From positions 156,426,001 through 156,490,000 of the forward strand of contig OZ024740.1 in assembly GCA_964016885.1 (NCBI GenBank): DNA of 64,000 nt. The letters are read 5' to 3'. Below are positions 1 through 12,852 of this stretch, piece by piece. The notes beneath the pieces were generated by a model. That model was not told the origin of the DNA and searched no databases. It was given only the letters and a program-made list of their open reading frames with translations. Both the position numbers and the translations under genes were made by a program. Numbering within the stretch: the first letter of the stretch is position 1; the number at the start of each line of letters is the position of its first letter. The DNA is from Eledone cirrhosa (lineage: Eukaryota).

Positions 1-3000
1 GCGGCATTATTCAACGTTTTGTTCTCTACGTAAGGAGAATAAATTATAGAAGTGGATGGATACTTCAACAGGTACAATGTACTTGTAGAAATATTCAAGT
101 TGTTTATAATACATATGGTTCAATGGCACTAATTCGAGATACCAGAACAATATAAAAGTAGCGAAACAAACGGTTATTAAACAATTTTCTAAATAAATTA
201 AAAAATGATTAAATAATCACCTGTTCAGATGCTGTTACCGACGGTTTCATCATTCCGAAAGATTGGAAATCCAACGAATCTCCAATGGAAAGAAATGAAT
301 CTTCAGACAGCCCTATTTCCACGCTATAAGGTATAGCAAGTAAATATTATGCTCCCTGCCCAACGCATGCGGTCAAGCCGTTAAAGTGACACACACGCAA
401 ATCAGGTCGCTGATAAAAGCTGGATATTATAAACATGTCGAATTGCCACTAAAATTAGCGGCATTATTCAACGTTTTGTTCTCTACGTAAGGAGAATAAA
501 TTATAGAAGTGGATGGATACTTCAACAGGTACAATGTACTTGTAGAAATATTCAAGTTGTTTATAATACATATGGTTCAATGGCACTAATTCGAGATACC
601 AGAACAATATAAAAGTAGCGAAACAAACGGTTATTAAACAATTTTCTAAATAAATTAAAAAATGATTAAATAATCACCTGTTCAGATGCTGTTACCGACG
701 GTTTCATCATTCCGAAAGATTGGAAATCCAACGAATCTCCAATGGAAAGAAATGAATCTTCAGACAGCCCTATTTCCACGCTATAAGGTATAGCAAGTAA
801 ATATTATGCTCCCTGCCCAACGCATGCGGTCAAGCCGTTAAAGTGACACACACGCAAATCAGGTCGCTGATAAAAGCTGGATATTATAAACATGTCGAAT
901 TGCCACTAAAATTAGCGGCATTATTCAACGTTTTGTTCTCTACGTAAGGAGAATAAATTATAGAAGTGGATGGATACTTCAACAGGTACAATGTACTTGT
1001 AGAAATATTCAAGTTGTTTATAATACATATGGTTCAATGGCACTAATTCGAGATACCAGAACAATATAAAAGTAGCGAAACAAACGGTTATTAAACAATT
1101 TTCTAAATAAATTAAAAAATGATTAAATAATCACCTGTTCAGATGCTGTTACCGACGGTTTCATCATTCCGAAAGATTGGAAATCTAACGAATCTCCAAT
1201 GGAAAGAAATGAATCTTCAGACAGCCCTATTTCCACGCTATAAGGTATAGCAAGTAAATATTATGCTCCCTGCCCAACGCATGCGGTCAAGCCGTTAAAG
1301 TGACACACACGCAAATCAGGTCGCTGATAAAAGCTGGATATTATAAACATGTCGAATTGCCACTAAAATTAGCGGCATTATTCAACGTTTTGTTCTCTAC
1401 GTAAGGAGAATACATTATAGAAGTGGATGGATACTTCAACAGGTACAATGTACTTGTAGAAATATTCAAGTTGTTTATAATACATATGGTTCAATGGCAC
1501 TAATTCGAGATACCAGAACAATATAAAAGTAGCGAAACAAACGGTTATTAAACAATTTTCTAAATAAATAAAAAAATGATTAAATAATCACCTGTTCAGA
1601 TGCTGTTACCGACGGTTTCATCATTCCGAAAGATTGGAAATCCAACGAATCTCCAATGGAAAGAAATGAATCTTCAGACAGCCCTATTTCCACGCTATAA
1701 GGTATAGCAAGTAAATATTATGCTCCCTGCCCAACGCATGCGGTCAAGCCGTTAAAGTGACACACACGCAAATCAGGTCGCTGATAAAAGCTGGATATTA
1801 TAAACATGTCGAATTGCCACTAAAATTAGCGGCATTATTCAACGTTTTGTTCTCTACGTAAGGAGAATAAATTATAGAAGTGGATGGATACTTCAACAGG
1901 TACAATGTACTTGTAGAAATATTCAAGTTGTTTATAATACATATGGTTCAATGGCACTAATTCGAGATACCAGAACAATATAAAAGTAGCGAAACAAACG
2001 GTTATTAAACAATTTTCTAAATAAATTAAAAAATGATTAAATAATCACCTGTTCAGATGCTGTTACCGACGGTTTCATCATTCCGAAAGATTGGAAATCC
2101 AACGAATCTCCAATGGAAAGAAATGAATCTTCAGACAGCCCTATTTCCACGCTATAAGGTATAGCAAGTAAATATTATGCTCCCTGCCCAACGCATGCGG
2201 TCAAGCCGTTAAAGTGACACACACGCAAATCAGGTCGCTGATAAAAGCTGGATATTATAAACATGTCGAATTGCCACTAAAATTAGCGGCATTATTCAAC
2301 GTTTTGTTCTCTACGTAAGGAGAATAAATTATAGAAGTGGATGGATACTTCAACAGGTACAATGTACTTGTAGAAATATTCAAGTTGTTTATAATACATA
2401 TGGTTCAATGGCACTAATTCGAGATACCAGAACAATATAAAAGTAGCGAAACAAACGGTTATTAAACAATTTTCTAAATAAATTAAAAAATGATTAAATA
2501 ATCACCTGTTCAGATGCTGTTACCGACGGTTTCATCATTCCGAAAGATTGGAAATCCAACGAATCTCCAATGGAAAGAAATGAATCTTCAGACAGCCCTA
2601 TTTCCACGCTATAAGGTATAGCAAGTAAATATTATGCTCCCTGCCCAACGCATGCGGTCAAGCCGTTAAAGTGACACACACGCAAATCAGGTCGCTGATA
2701 AAAGCTGGATATTATAAACATGTCGAATTGCCACTAAAATTAGCGGCATTATTCAACGTTTTGTTCTCTACGTAAGGAGAATACATTATAGAAGTGGATG
2801 GATACTTCAACAGGTACAATGTACTTGTAGAAATATTCAAGTTGTTTATAATACATATGGTTCAATGGCACTAATTCGAGATACCAGAACAATATAAAAG
2901 TAGCGAAACAAACGGTTATTAAACAATTTTCTAAATAAATTAAAAAATGATTAAATAATCACCTGTTCAGATGCTGTTACCGACGGTTTCATCATTCCGA

Positions 3001-6000
3001 AAGATTGGAAATCCAACGAATCTCCAATGGAAAGAAATGAATCTTCAGACAGCCCTATTTCCACGCTATAAGGTATAGCAAGTAAATATTATGCTCCCTG
3101 CCCAACGCATACGGTCAAGCCGTTAAAGTGACACACACGCAAATCAGGTCGCTGATAAAAGCTGGATATTATAAACATGTCGAATTGCCACTAAAATTAG
3201 CGGCATTATTCAACGTTTTGTTCTCTACGTAAGGAGAATACATTATAGAAGTGGATGGATACTTCAACAGGTACAATGTACTTGTAGAAATATTCAAGTT
3301 GTTTATAATACATATGGTTCAATGGCACTAATTCGAGATACCAGAACAATATAAAAGTAGCGAAACAAACGGTTATTAAACAATTTTCTAAATAAATTAA
3401 AAAATGATTAAATAATCACCTGTTCAGATGCTGTTACCGACGGTTTCATCATTCCGAAAGATTGGAAATCCAACGAATCTCCAATGGAAAGAAATGAATC
3501 TTCAGACAGCCCTATTTCCACGCTATAAGGTATAGCAAGTAAATATTATGCTCCCTGCCCAACGCATGCGGTCAAGCCGTTAAAGTGACACACACGCAAA
3601 TCAGGTCGCTGATAAAAGCTGGATATTATAAACATGTCGAATTGCCACTAAAATTAGCGGCATTATTCAACGTTTTGTTCTCTACGTAAGGAGAATAAAT
3701 TATAGAAGTGGATGGATACTTCAACAGGTACAATGTACTTGTAGAAATATTCAAGTTGTTTATAATACATATGGTTCAATGGCACTAATTCGAGATACCA
3801 GAACAATATAAAAGTAGCGAAACAAACGGTTATTAAACAATTTTCTAAATAAATTAAAAAATGATTAAATAATCACCTGTTCAGATGCTGTTACCGACGG
3901 TTTCATCATTCCGAAAGATTGGAAATCCAACGAATCTCCAATGGAAAGAAATGAATCTTCAGACAGCCCTATTTCCACGCTATAAGGTATAGCAAGTAAA
4001 TATTATGCTCCCTGCCCAACGCATGCGGTCAAGCCGTTAAAGTGACACACACGCAAATCAGGTCGCTGATAAAAGCTGGATATTATAAACATGTCGAATT
4101 GCCACTAAAATTAGCGGCATTATTCAACGTTTTGTTCTCTACGTAAGGAGAATAAATTATAGAAGTGGATGGATACTTCAACAGGTACAATGTACTTGTA
4201 GAAATATTCAAGTTGTTTATAATACATATGGTTCAATGGCACTAATTCGAGATACCAGAACAATATAAAAGTAGCGAAACAAACGGTTATTAAACAATTT
4301 CCTAAATAAATTAAAAAATGATTAAATAATCACCTGTTCAGATGCTGTTACCGACGGTTTCATCATTCCGAAAGATTGGAAATCCAACGAATCTCCAATG
4401 GAAAGAAATGAATCTTCAGACAGCCCTATTTCCACGCTATAAGGTATAGCAAGTAAATATTATGCTCCCTGCCCAACGCATGCGGTCAAGCCGTTAAAGT
4501 GACACACACGCAAATCAGGTCGCTGATAAAAGCTGGATATTATAAACATGTCGAATTGCCACTAAAATTAGCGGCATTATTCAACGTTTTGTTCTCTACG
4601 TAAGGAGAATAAATTATAGAAGTGGATGGATACTTCAACAGGTACAATGTACTTGTAGAAATATTCAAGTTGTTTATAATACATATGGTTCAATGGCACT
4701 AATTCGAGATACCAGAACAATATAAAAGTAGCGAAACAAACGGTTATTAAACAATTTTCTAAATAAATTAAAAAATGATTAAATAATCACCTGTTCAGAT
4801 GCTGTTACCGACGGTTTCATCATTCCGAAAGATTGGAAATCCAACGAATCTCCAATGGAAAGAAATGAATCTTCAGACAGCCCTATTTCCACGCTATAAG
4901 GTATAGCAAGTAAATATTATGCTCCCTGCCCAACGCATGCGGTCAAGCCGTTAAAGTGACACACACGCAAATCAGGTCGCTGATAAAAGCTGGATATTAT
5001 AAACATGTCGAATTGCCACTAAAATTAGCGGCATTATTCAACGTTTTGTTCTCTACGTAAGGAGAATAAATTATAGAAGTGGATGGATACTTCAACAGGT
5101 ACAATGTACTTGTAGAAATATTCAAGTTGTTTATAATACATATGGTTCAATGGCACTAATTCGAGATACCAGAACAATATAAAAGTAGCGAAACAAACGG
5201 TTATTAAACAATTTTCTAAATAAATTAAAAAATGATTAAATAATCACCTGTTCAGATGCTGTTACCGACGGTTTCATCATTCCGAAAGATTGGAAATCCA
5301 ACGAATCTCCAATGGAAAGAAATGAATCTTCAGACAGCCCTATTTCCACGCTATAAGGTATAGCAAGTAAATATTATGCTCCCTGCCCAACGCATGCGGT
5401 CAAGCCGTTAAAGTGACACACACGCAAATCAGGTCGCTGATAAAAGCTGGATATTATAAACATGTCGAATTGCCACTAAAATTAGCGGCATTATTCAACG
5501 TTTTGTTCTCTACGTAAGGAGAATAAATTATAGAAGTGGATGGATACTTCAACAGGTACAATGTACTTGTAGAAATATTCAAGTTGTTTATAATACATAT
5601 GGTTCAATGGCACTAATTCGAGATACCAGAACAATATAAAAGTAGCGAAACAAACGGTTATTAAACAATTTTCTAAATAAATTAAAAAATGATTAAATAA
5701 TCACCTGTTCAGATGCTGTTACCGACGGTTTCATCATTCCGAAAGATTGGAAATCCAACGAATCTCCAATGGAAAGAAATGAATCTTCAGACAGCCCTAT
5801 TTCCACGCTATAAGGTATAGCAAGTAAATATTATGCTCCCTGCCCAACGCATGCGGTCAAGCCGTTAAAGTGACACACACGCAAATCAGGTCGCTGATAA
5901 AAGCTGGATATTATAAACATGTCGAATTGCCACTAAAATTAGCGGCATTATTCAACGTTTTGTTCTCTACGTAAGGAGAATAAATTATAGAAGTGGATGG

Positions 6001-8412
6001 ATACTTCAACAGGTACAATGTACTTGTAGAAATATTCAAGTTGTTTATAATACATATGGTTCAATGGCACTAATTCGAGATACCAGAACAATATAAAAGT
6101 AGCGAAACAAACGGTTATTAAACAATTTTCTAAATAAATTAAAAAATGATTAAATAATCACCTGTTCAGATGCTGTTACCGACGGTTTCATCATTCCGAA
6201 AGATTGGAAATCCAACGAATCTCCAATGGAAAGAAATGAATCTTCAGACAGCCCTATTTCCACGCTATAAGGTATAGCAAGTAAATATTATGCTCCCTGC
6301 CCAACGCATGCGGTCAAGCCGTTAAAGTGACACACACGCAAATCAGGTCGCTGATAAAAGCTGGATATTATAAACATGTCGAATTGCCACTAAAATTAGC
6401 GGCATTATTCAACGTTTTGTTCTCTACGTAAGGAGAATAAATTATAGAAGTGGATGGATACTTCAACAGGTACAATGTACTTGTAGAAATATTCAAGTTG
6501 TTTATAATACATATGGTTCAATGGCACTAATTCGAGATACCAGAACAATATAAAAGTAGCGAAACAAACGGTTATTAAACAATTTTCTAAATAAATTAAA
6601 AAATGATTAAATAATCACCTGTTCAGATGCTGTTACCGACGGTTTCATCATTCCGAAAGATTGGAAATCCAACGAATCTCCAATGGAAAGAAATGAATCT
6701 TCAGACAGCCCTATTTCCACGCTATAAGGTATAGCAAGTAAATATTATGCTCCCTGCCCAACGCATGCGGTCAAGCCGTTAAAGTGACACACACGCAAAT
6801 CAGGTCGCTGATAAAAGCTGGATATTATAAACATGTCGAATTGCCACTAAAATTAGCGGCATTATTCAACGTTTTGTTCTCTACGTAAGGAGAATACATT
6901 ATAGAAGTGGATGGATACTTCAACAGGTACAATGTACTTGTAGAAATATTCAAGTTGTTTATAATACATATGGTTCAATGGCACTAATTCGAGATACCAG
7001 AACAATATAAAAGTAGCGAAACAAACGGTTATTAAACAATTTTCTAAATAAATTAAAAAATGATTAAATAATCACCTGTTCAGATGCTGTTACCGACGGT
7101 TTCATCATTCCGAAAGATTGGAAATCCAACGAATCTCCAATGGAAAGAAATGAATCTTCAGACAGCCCTATTTCCACGCTATAAGGTATAGCAAGTAAAT
7201 ATTATGCTCCCTGCCTACGCATGCGGTCAAGCCGTTAAAGTGACACACACGCAAATCAGGTCGCTGATAAAAGCTGGATATTATAAACATGTCGAATTGC
7301 CACTAAAATTAGCGGCATTATTCAACGTTTTGTTCTCTACGTAAGGAGAATAAATTATAGAAGTGGATGGATACTTCAACAGGTACAATGTACTTGTAGA
7401 AATATTCAAGTTGTTTATAATACATATGGTTCAATGGCACTAATTCGAGATACCAGAACAATATAAAAGTAGCGAAACAAACGGTTATTAAACAATTTTC
7501 TAAATAAATTAAAAAATGATTAAATAATCACCTGTTCAGATGCTGTTACCGACGGTTTCATCATTCCGAAAGATTGGAAATCCAACGAATCTCCAATGGA
7601 AAGAAATGAATCTTCAGACAGCCCTATTTCCACGCTATAAGGTATAGCAAGTAAATATTATGCTCCCTGCCTACGCATGCGGTCAAGCCGTTAAAGTGAC
7701 ACACACGCAAATCAGGTCGCTGATAAAAGCTGGATATTATAAACATGTCGAATTGCCACTAAAATTAGCGGCATTATTCAACGTTTTGTTCTCTACGTAA
7801 GGAGAATAAATTATAGAAGTGGATGGATACTTCAACAGGTACAATGTACTTGTAGAAATATTCAAGTTGTTTATAATACATATGGTTCAATGGCACTAAT
7901 TCGAGATACCAGAACAATATAAAAGTAGCGAAACAAACGGTTATTAAACAATTTTCTAAATAAATTAAAAAATGATTAAATAATCACCTGTTCAGATGCT
8001 GTTACCGACGGTTTCATCATTCCGAAAGATTGGAAATCCAACGAATCTCCAATGGAAAGAAATGAATCTTCAGACAGCCCTATTTCCACGCTATAAGGTA
8101 TAGCAAGTAAATATTATGCTCCCTGCCCAACGCATGCGGTCAAGCCGTTAAAGTGACACACACGCAAATCAGGTCGCTGATAAAAGCTGGATATTATAAA
8201 CATGTCGAATTGCCACTAAAATTAGCGGCATTATTCAACGTTTTGTTCTCTACGTAAGGAGAATACATTATAGAAGTGGATGGATACTTCAACAGGTACA
8301 ATGTACTTGTAGAAATATTCAAGTTGTTTATAATACATATGGTTCAATGGCACTAATTCGAGATACCAGAACAATATAAAAGTAGCGAAACAAACGGTTA
8401 TTAAACAATTTT
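1..8412 (-). repeat. 457-bp tandem array, left arm (~18.4 units, continues beyond window start); hammerhead-bearing strand is minus
   Basis: GCGGCATTATTC recurs at 1, 458, ... 4571 (period 457). Units are almost identical, with only scattered SNVs and two 1-bp deletions (~7216, ~7672). Confidence 0.98.
231..311 (-). ncRNA. Type I hammerhead ribozyme in array monomer (first of 18 minus-strand copies, last at ~7998-8078)
   Basis: Minus strand reads GCTGT-CTGAAGA-T-[TCATTTC...GGAATGA]-T-GAAA-CCGTCGG-TA-ACAGC. It has stem I GCTGT/ACAGC, an intact core and a GUA cleavage triplet. Confidence 0.88.
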
Positions 8413-11400
8413 TATTGTTCTGGTATCTCGAATTAGTGCCATTGAACCATATGTATTATAAACAACTTGAATATTTCTACAAGTACATTGTACCTGTTGA
8501 AGTATCCATCCACTTCTATAATTTATTCTCCTTACGTAGAGAACAAAACGTTGAATAATGCCGCTAATTTTAGTGGCAATTCGACATGTTTATAATATCC
8601 AGCTTTTATCAGCGACCTGATTTGCGTGTGTGTCACTTTAACGGCTTGACCGCATGCGTTGGGCAGGGAGCATAATATTTACTTGCTATACCTTATAGCG
8701 TGGAAATAGGGCTGTCTGAAGATTCATTTCTTTCCATTGGAGATTCGTTGGATTTCCAATCTTTCGGAATGATGAAACCGTCGGTAACAGCATCTGAACA
8801 GGTGATTATTTAATCATTTTTTAATTTATTTAGAAAATTGTTTAATAACCGTTTGTTTCGCTACTTTTATATTGTTCTGGTATCTCGAATTAGTGCCATT
8901 GAACCATATGTATTATAAACAACTTGAATATTTCTACAAGTACATTGTACCTGTTGAAGTATCCATCCACTTCTATAATTTATTCTCCTTACGTAGAGAA
9001 CAAAACGTTGAATAATGCCGCTAATTTTAGTGGCAATTCGACATGTTTATAATATCCAGCTTTTATCAGCGACCTGATTTGCGTGTGTGTCACTTTAACG
9101 GCTTGACCGCATGCGTTGGGCAGGGAGCATAATATTTACTTGCTATACCTTATAGCGTGGAAATAGGGCTGTCTGAAGATTCATTTCTTTCCATTGGAGA
9201 TTCGTTGGATTTCCAATCTTTCGGAATGATGAAACCGTCGGTAACAGCATCTGAACAGGTGATTATTTAATCATTTTTTAATTTATTTAGAAAATTGTTT
9301 AATAACCGTTTGTTTCGCTACTTTTATATTGTTCTGGTATCTCGAATTAGTGCCATTGAACCATATGTATTATAAACAACTTGAATATTTCTACAAGTAC
9401 ATTGTACCTGTTGAAGTATCCATCCACTTCTATAATTTATTCTCCTTACGTAGAGAACAAAACGTTGAATAATGCCGCTAATTTTAGTGGCAATTCGACA
9501 TGTTTATAATATCCAGCTTTTATCAGCGACCTGATTTGCGTGTGTGTCACTTTAACGGCTTGACCGCATGCGTTGGGCAGGGAGCATAATATTTACTTGC
9601 TATACCTTATAGCGTGGAAATAGGGCTGTCTGAAGATTCATTTCTTTCCATTGGAGATTCGTTGGATTTCCAATCTTTCGGAATGATGAAACCGTCGGTA
9701 ACAGCATCTGAACAGGTGATTATTTAATCATTTTTTAATTTATTTAGAAAATTGTTTAATAACCGTTTGTTTCGCTACTTTTATATTGTTCTGGTATCTC
9801 GAATTAGTGCCATTGAACCATATGTATTATAAACAACTTGAATATTTCTACAAGTACATTGTACCTGTTGAAGTATCCATCCACTTCTATAATGTATTCT
9901 CCTTACGTAGAGAACAAAACGTTGAATAATGCCGCTAATTTTAGTGGCAATTCGACATGTTTATAATATCCAGCTTTTATCAGCGACCTGATTTGCGTGT
10001 GTGTCACTTTAACGGCTTGACCGCATGCGTTGGGCAGGGAGCATAATATTTACTTGCTATACCTTATAGCGTGGAAATAGGGCTGTCTGAAGATTCATTT
10101 CTTTCCATTGGAGATTCGTTGGATTTCCAATCTTTCGGAATGATGAAACCGTCGGTAACAGCATCTGAACAGGTGATTATTTAATCATTTTTTAATTTAT
10201 TTAGAAAATTGTTTAATAACCGTTTGTTTCGCTACTTTTATATTGTTCTGGTATCTCGAATTAGTGCCATTGAACCATATGTATTATAAACAACTTGAAT
10301 ATTTCTACAAGTACATTGTACCTGTTGAAGTATCCATCCACTTCTATAATTTATTCTCCTTACGTAGAGAACAAAACGTTGAATAATGCCGCTAATTTTA
10401 GTGGCAATTCGACATGTTTATAATATCCAGCTTTTATCAGCGACCTGATTTGCGTGTGTGTCACTTTAACGGCTTGACCGCATGCGTTGGGCAGGGAGCA
10501 TAATATTTACTTGCTATACCTTATAGCGTGGAAATAGGGCTGTCTGAAGATTCATTTCTTTCCATTGGAGATTCGTTGGATTTCCAATCTTTCGGAATGA
10601 TGAAACCGTCGGTAACAGCATCTGAACAGGTGATTATTTAATCATTTTTTAATTTATTTAGAAAATTGTTTAATAACCGTTTGTTTCGCTACTTTTATAT
10701 TGTTCTGGTATCTCGAATTAGTGCCATTGAACCATATGTATTATAAACAACTTGAATATTTCTACAAGTACATTGTACCTGTTGAAGTATCCATCCACTT
10801 CTATAATTTATTCTCCTTACGTAGAGAACAAAACGTTGAATAATGCCGCTAATTTTAGTGGCAATTCGACATGTTTATAATATCCAGCTTTTATCAGCGA
10901 CCTGATTTGCGTGTGTGTCACTTTAACGGCTTGACCGCATGCGTTGGGCAGGGAGCATAATATTTACTTGCTATACCTTATAGCGTGGAAATAGGGCTGT
11001 CTGAAGATTCATTTCTTTCCATTGGAGATTCGTTGGATTTCCAATCTTTCGGAATGATGAAACCGTCGGTAACAGCATCTGAACAGGTGATTATTTAATC
11101 ATTTTTTAATTTATTTAGAAAATTGTTTAATAACCGTTTGTTTCGCTACTTTTATATTGTTCTGGTATCTCGAATTAGTGCCATTGAACCATATGTATTA
11201 TAAACAACTTGAATATTTCTACAAGTACATTGTACCTGTTGAAGTATCCATCCACTTCTATAATTTATTCTCCTTACGTAGAGAACAAAACGTTGAATAA
11301 TGCCGCTAATTTTAGTGGCAATTCGACATGTTTATAATATCCAGCTTTTATCAGCGACCTGATTTGCGTGTGTGTCACTTTAACGGCTTGACCGCATGCG

Positions 11401-12635
11401 TTGGGCAGGGAGCATAATATTTACTTGCTATACCTTATAGCGTGGAAATAGGGCTGTCTGAAGATTCATTTCTTTCCATTGGAGATTCGTTGGATTTCCA
11501 ATCTTTCGGAATGATGAAACCGTCGGTAACAGCATCTGAACAGGTGATTATTTAATCATTTTTTAATTTATTTAGAAAATTGTTTAATAACCGTTTGTTT
11601 CGCTACTTTTATATTGTTCTGGTATCTCGAATTAGTGCCATTGAACCATATGTATTATAAACAACTTGAATATTTCTACAAGTACATTGTACCTGTTGAA
11701 GTATCCATCCACTTCTATAATTTATTCTCCTTACGTAGAGAACAAAACGTTGAATAATGCCGCTAATTTTAGTGGCAATTCGACATGTTTATAATATCCA
11801 GCTTTTATCAGCGACCTGATTTGCGTGTGTGTCACTTTAACGGCTTGACCGCATGCGTTGGGCAGGGAGCATAATATTTACTTGCTATACCTTATAGCGT
11901 GGAAATAGGGCTGTCTGAAGATTCATTTCTTTCCATTGGAGATTCGTTGGATTTCCAATCTTTCGGAATGATGAAACCGTCGGTAACAGCATCTGAACAG
12001 GTGATTATTTAATCATTTTTTAATTTATTTAGAAAATTGTTTAATAACCGTTTGTTTCGCTACTTTTATATTGTTCTGGTATCTCGAATTAGTGCCATTG
12101 AACCATATGTATTATAAACAACTTGAATATTTCTACAAGTACATTGTACCTGTTGAAGTATCCATCCACTTCTATAATTTATTCTCCTTACGTAGAGAAC
12201 AAAACGTTGAATAATGCCGCTAATTTTAGTGGCAATTCGACATGTTTATAATATCCAGCTTTTATCAGCGACCTGATTTGCGTGTGTGTCACTTTAACGG
12301 CTTGACCGCATGCGTTGGGCAGGGAGCATAATATTTACTTGCTATACCTTATAGCATGGAAATAGGGCTGTCTGAAGATTCATTTCTTTCCATTGGAGAT
12401 TCGTTGGATTTCCAATCTTTCGGAATGATGAAACCGTCGGTAACAGCATCTGAACAGGTGATTATTTAATCATTTTTTAATTTATTTAGAAAATTGTTTA
12501 ATAACCGTTTGTTTCGCTACTTTTATATTGTTCTGGTATCTCGAATTAGTGCCATTGAACCATATGTATTATAAACAACTTGAATATTTCTACAAGTACA
12601 TTGTACCTGTTGAAGTATCCATCCACTTCTATAAT
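8413..12635 (+). repeat. 457-bp tandem array, right arm (~9.2 units), reverse complement of left arm
   Basis: From 8413 the sequence reads TATTGTTCTGGTATCTCG, the reverse complement of the monomer. Period is 457. It ends at CACTTCTATAAT, running into (TA)n. Confidence 0.98.
8711..8791 (+). ncRNA. Type I hammerhead ribozyme in array monomer (first of 9 plus-strand copies, last at 12367-12447)
   Basis: GCTGT 8711-8715, CTGAAGA 8716-8722, extended stem II (TCATTTC/GGAATGA and ATTGGAGA/TTTCCAAT), GAAA 8774-8777, near-palindromic stem III ACCG-T-CGGT, predicted cleavage after A8786, ACAGC 8787-8791. Confidence 0.88.
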
Positions 12636-12654
12636 ATATATATATATATGTATA

Positions 12655-12821
12655 TATTCCAACCCGCCCGTTCCTTCAATCTATCTTATTTTCCATTCTT
12701 TCTTCTGATGAAGGACTAGCGTCCGAAACTTTAAGACCCTCTTCCTGCTATTTCAAGCGTTAACCTCATATATTACTTCCATATACTGTACCGATTGTGT
12801 TGTTATTTCTGTTTACCTTTT

Positions 12822-12825
<4 letters not shown>
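12655..12825 (+). mobile_element. PLE 3'-end remnant with degenerate minimal hammerhead (12701-12736)
   Basis: TCTT-CTGATGA-A-GGAC-TAGC-GTCC-GAAAC-TTT-AAGA. A homologous copy lies on the minus strand at ~46070-46255. Confidence 0.6.

Positions 12826-12852
<27 letters not shown>

Noticed and set aside
116-143. Pol III A-box-like TGGTTCAATGG in the monomer
   Set aside because: No proper B-box at a suitable distance, and it lies on the non-ribozyme strand.
214-388. Transposase-like words (VTDG, CPTH) in a plus-strand frame of the monomer
   Set aside because: Short, interrupted by stops and without other motif support, so likely chance.
8769-8797. C/D-box snoRNA-like ATGATGA...CTGA in the monomer
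   Set aside because: The boxes are too close together and I recognised no rRNA guide. The sequence is fully explained by the hammerhead stem II/GAAA.
1-12635. CRISPR array or rDNA/5S/snRNA/histone tandem cluster
   Set aside because: No variable spacers and no similarity that I recognise to these genes.
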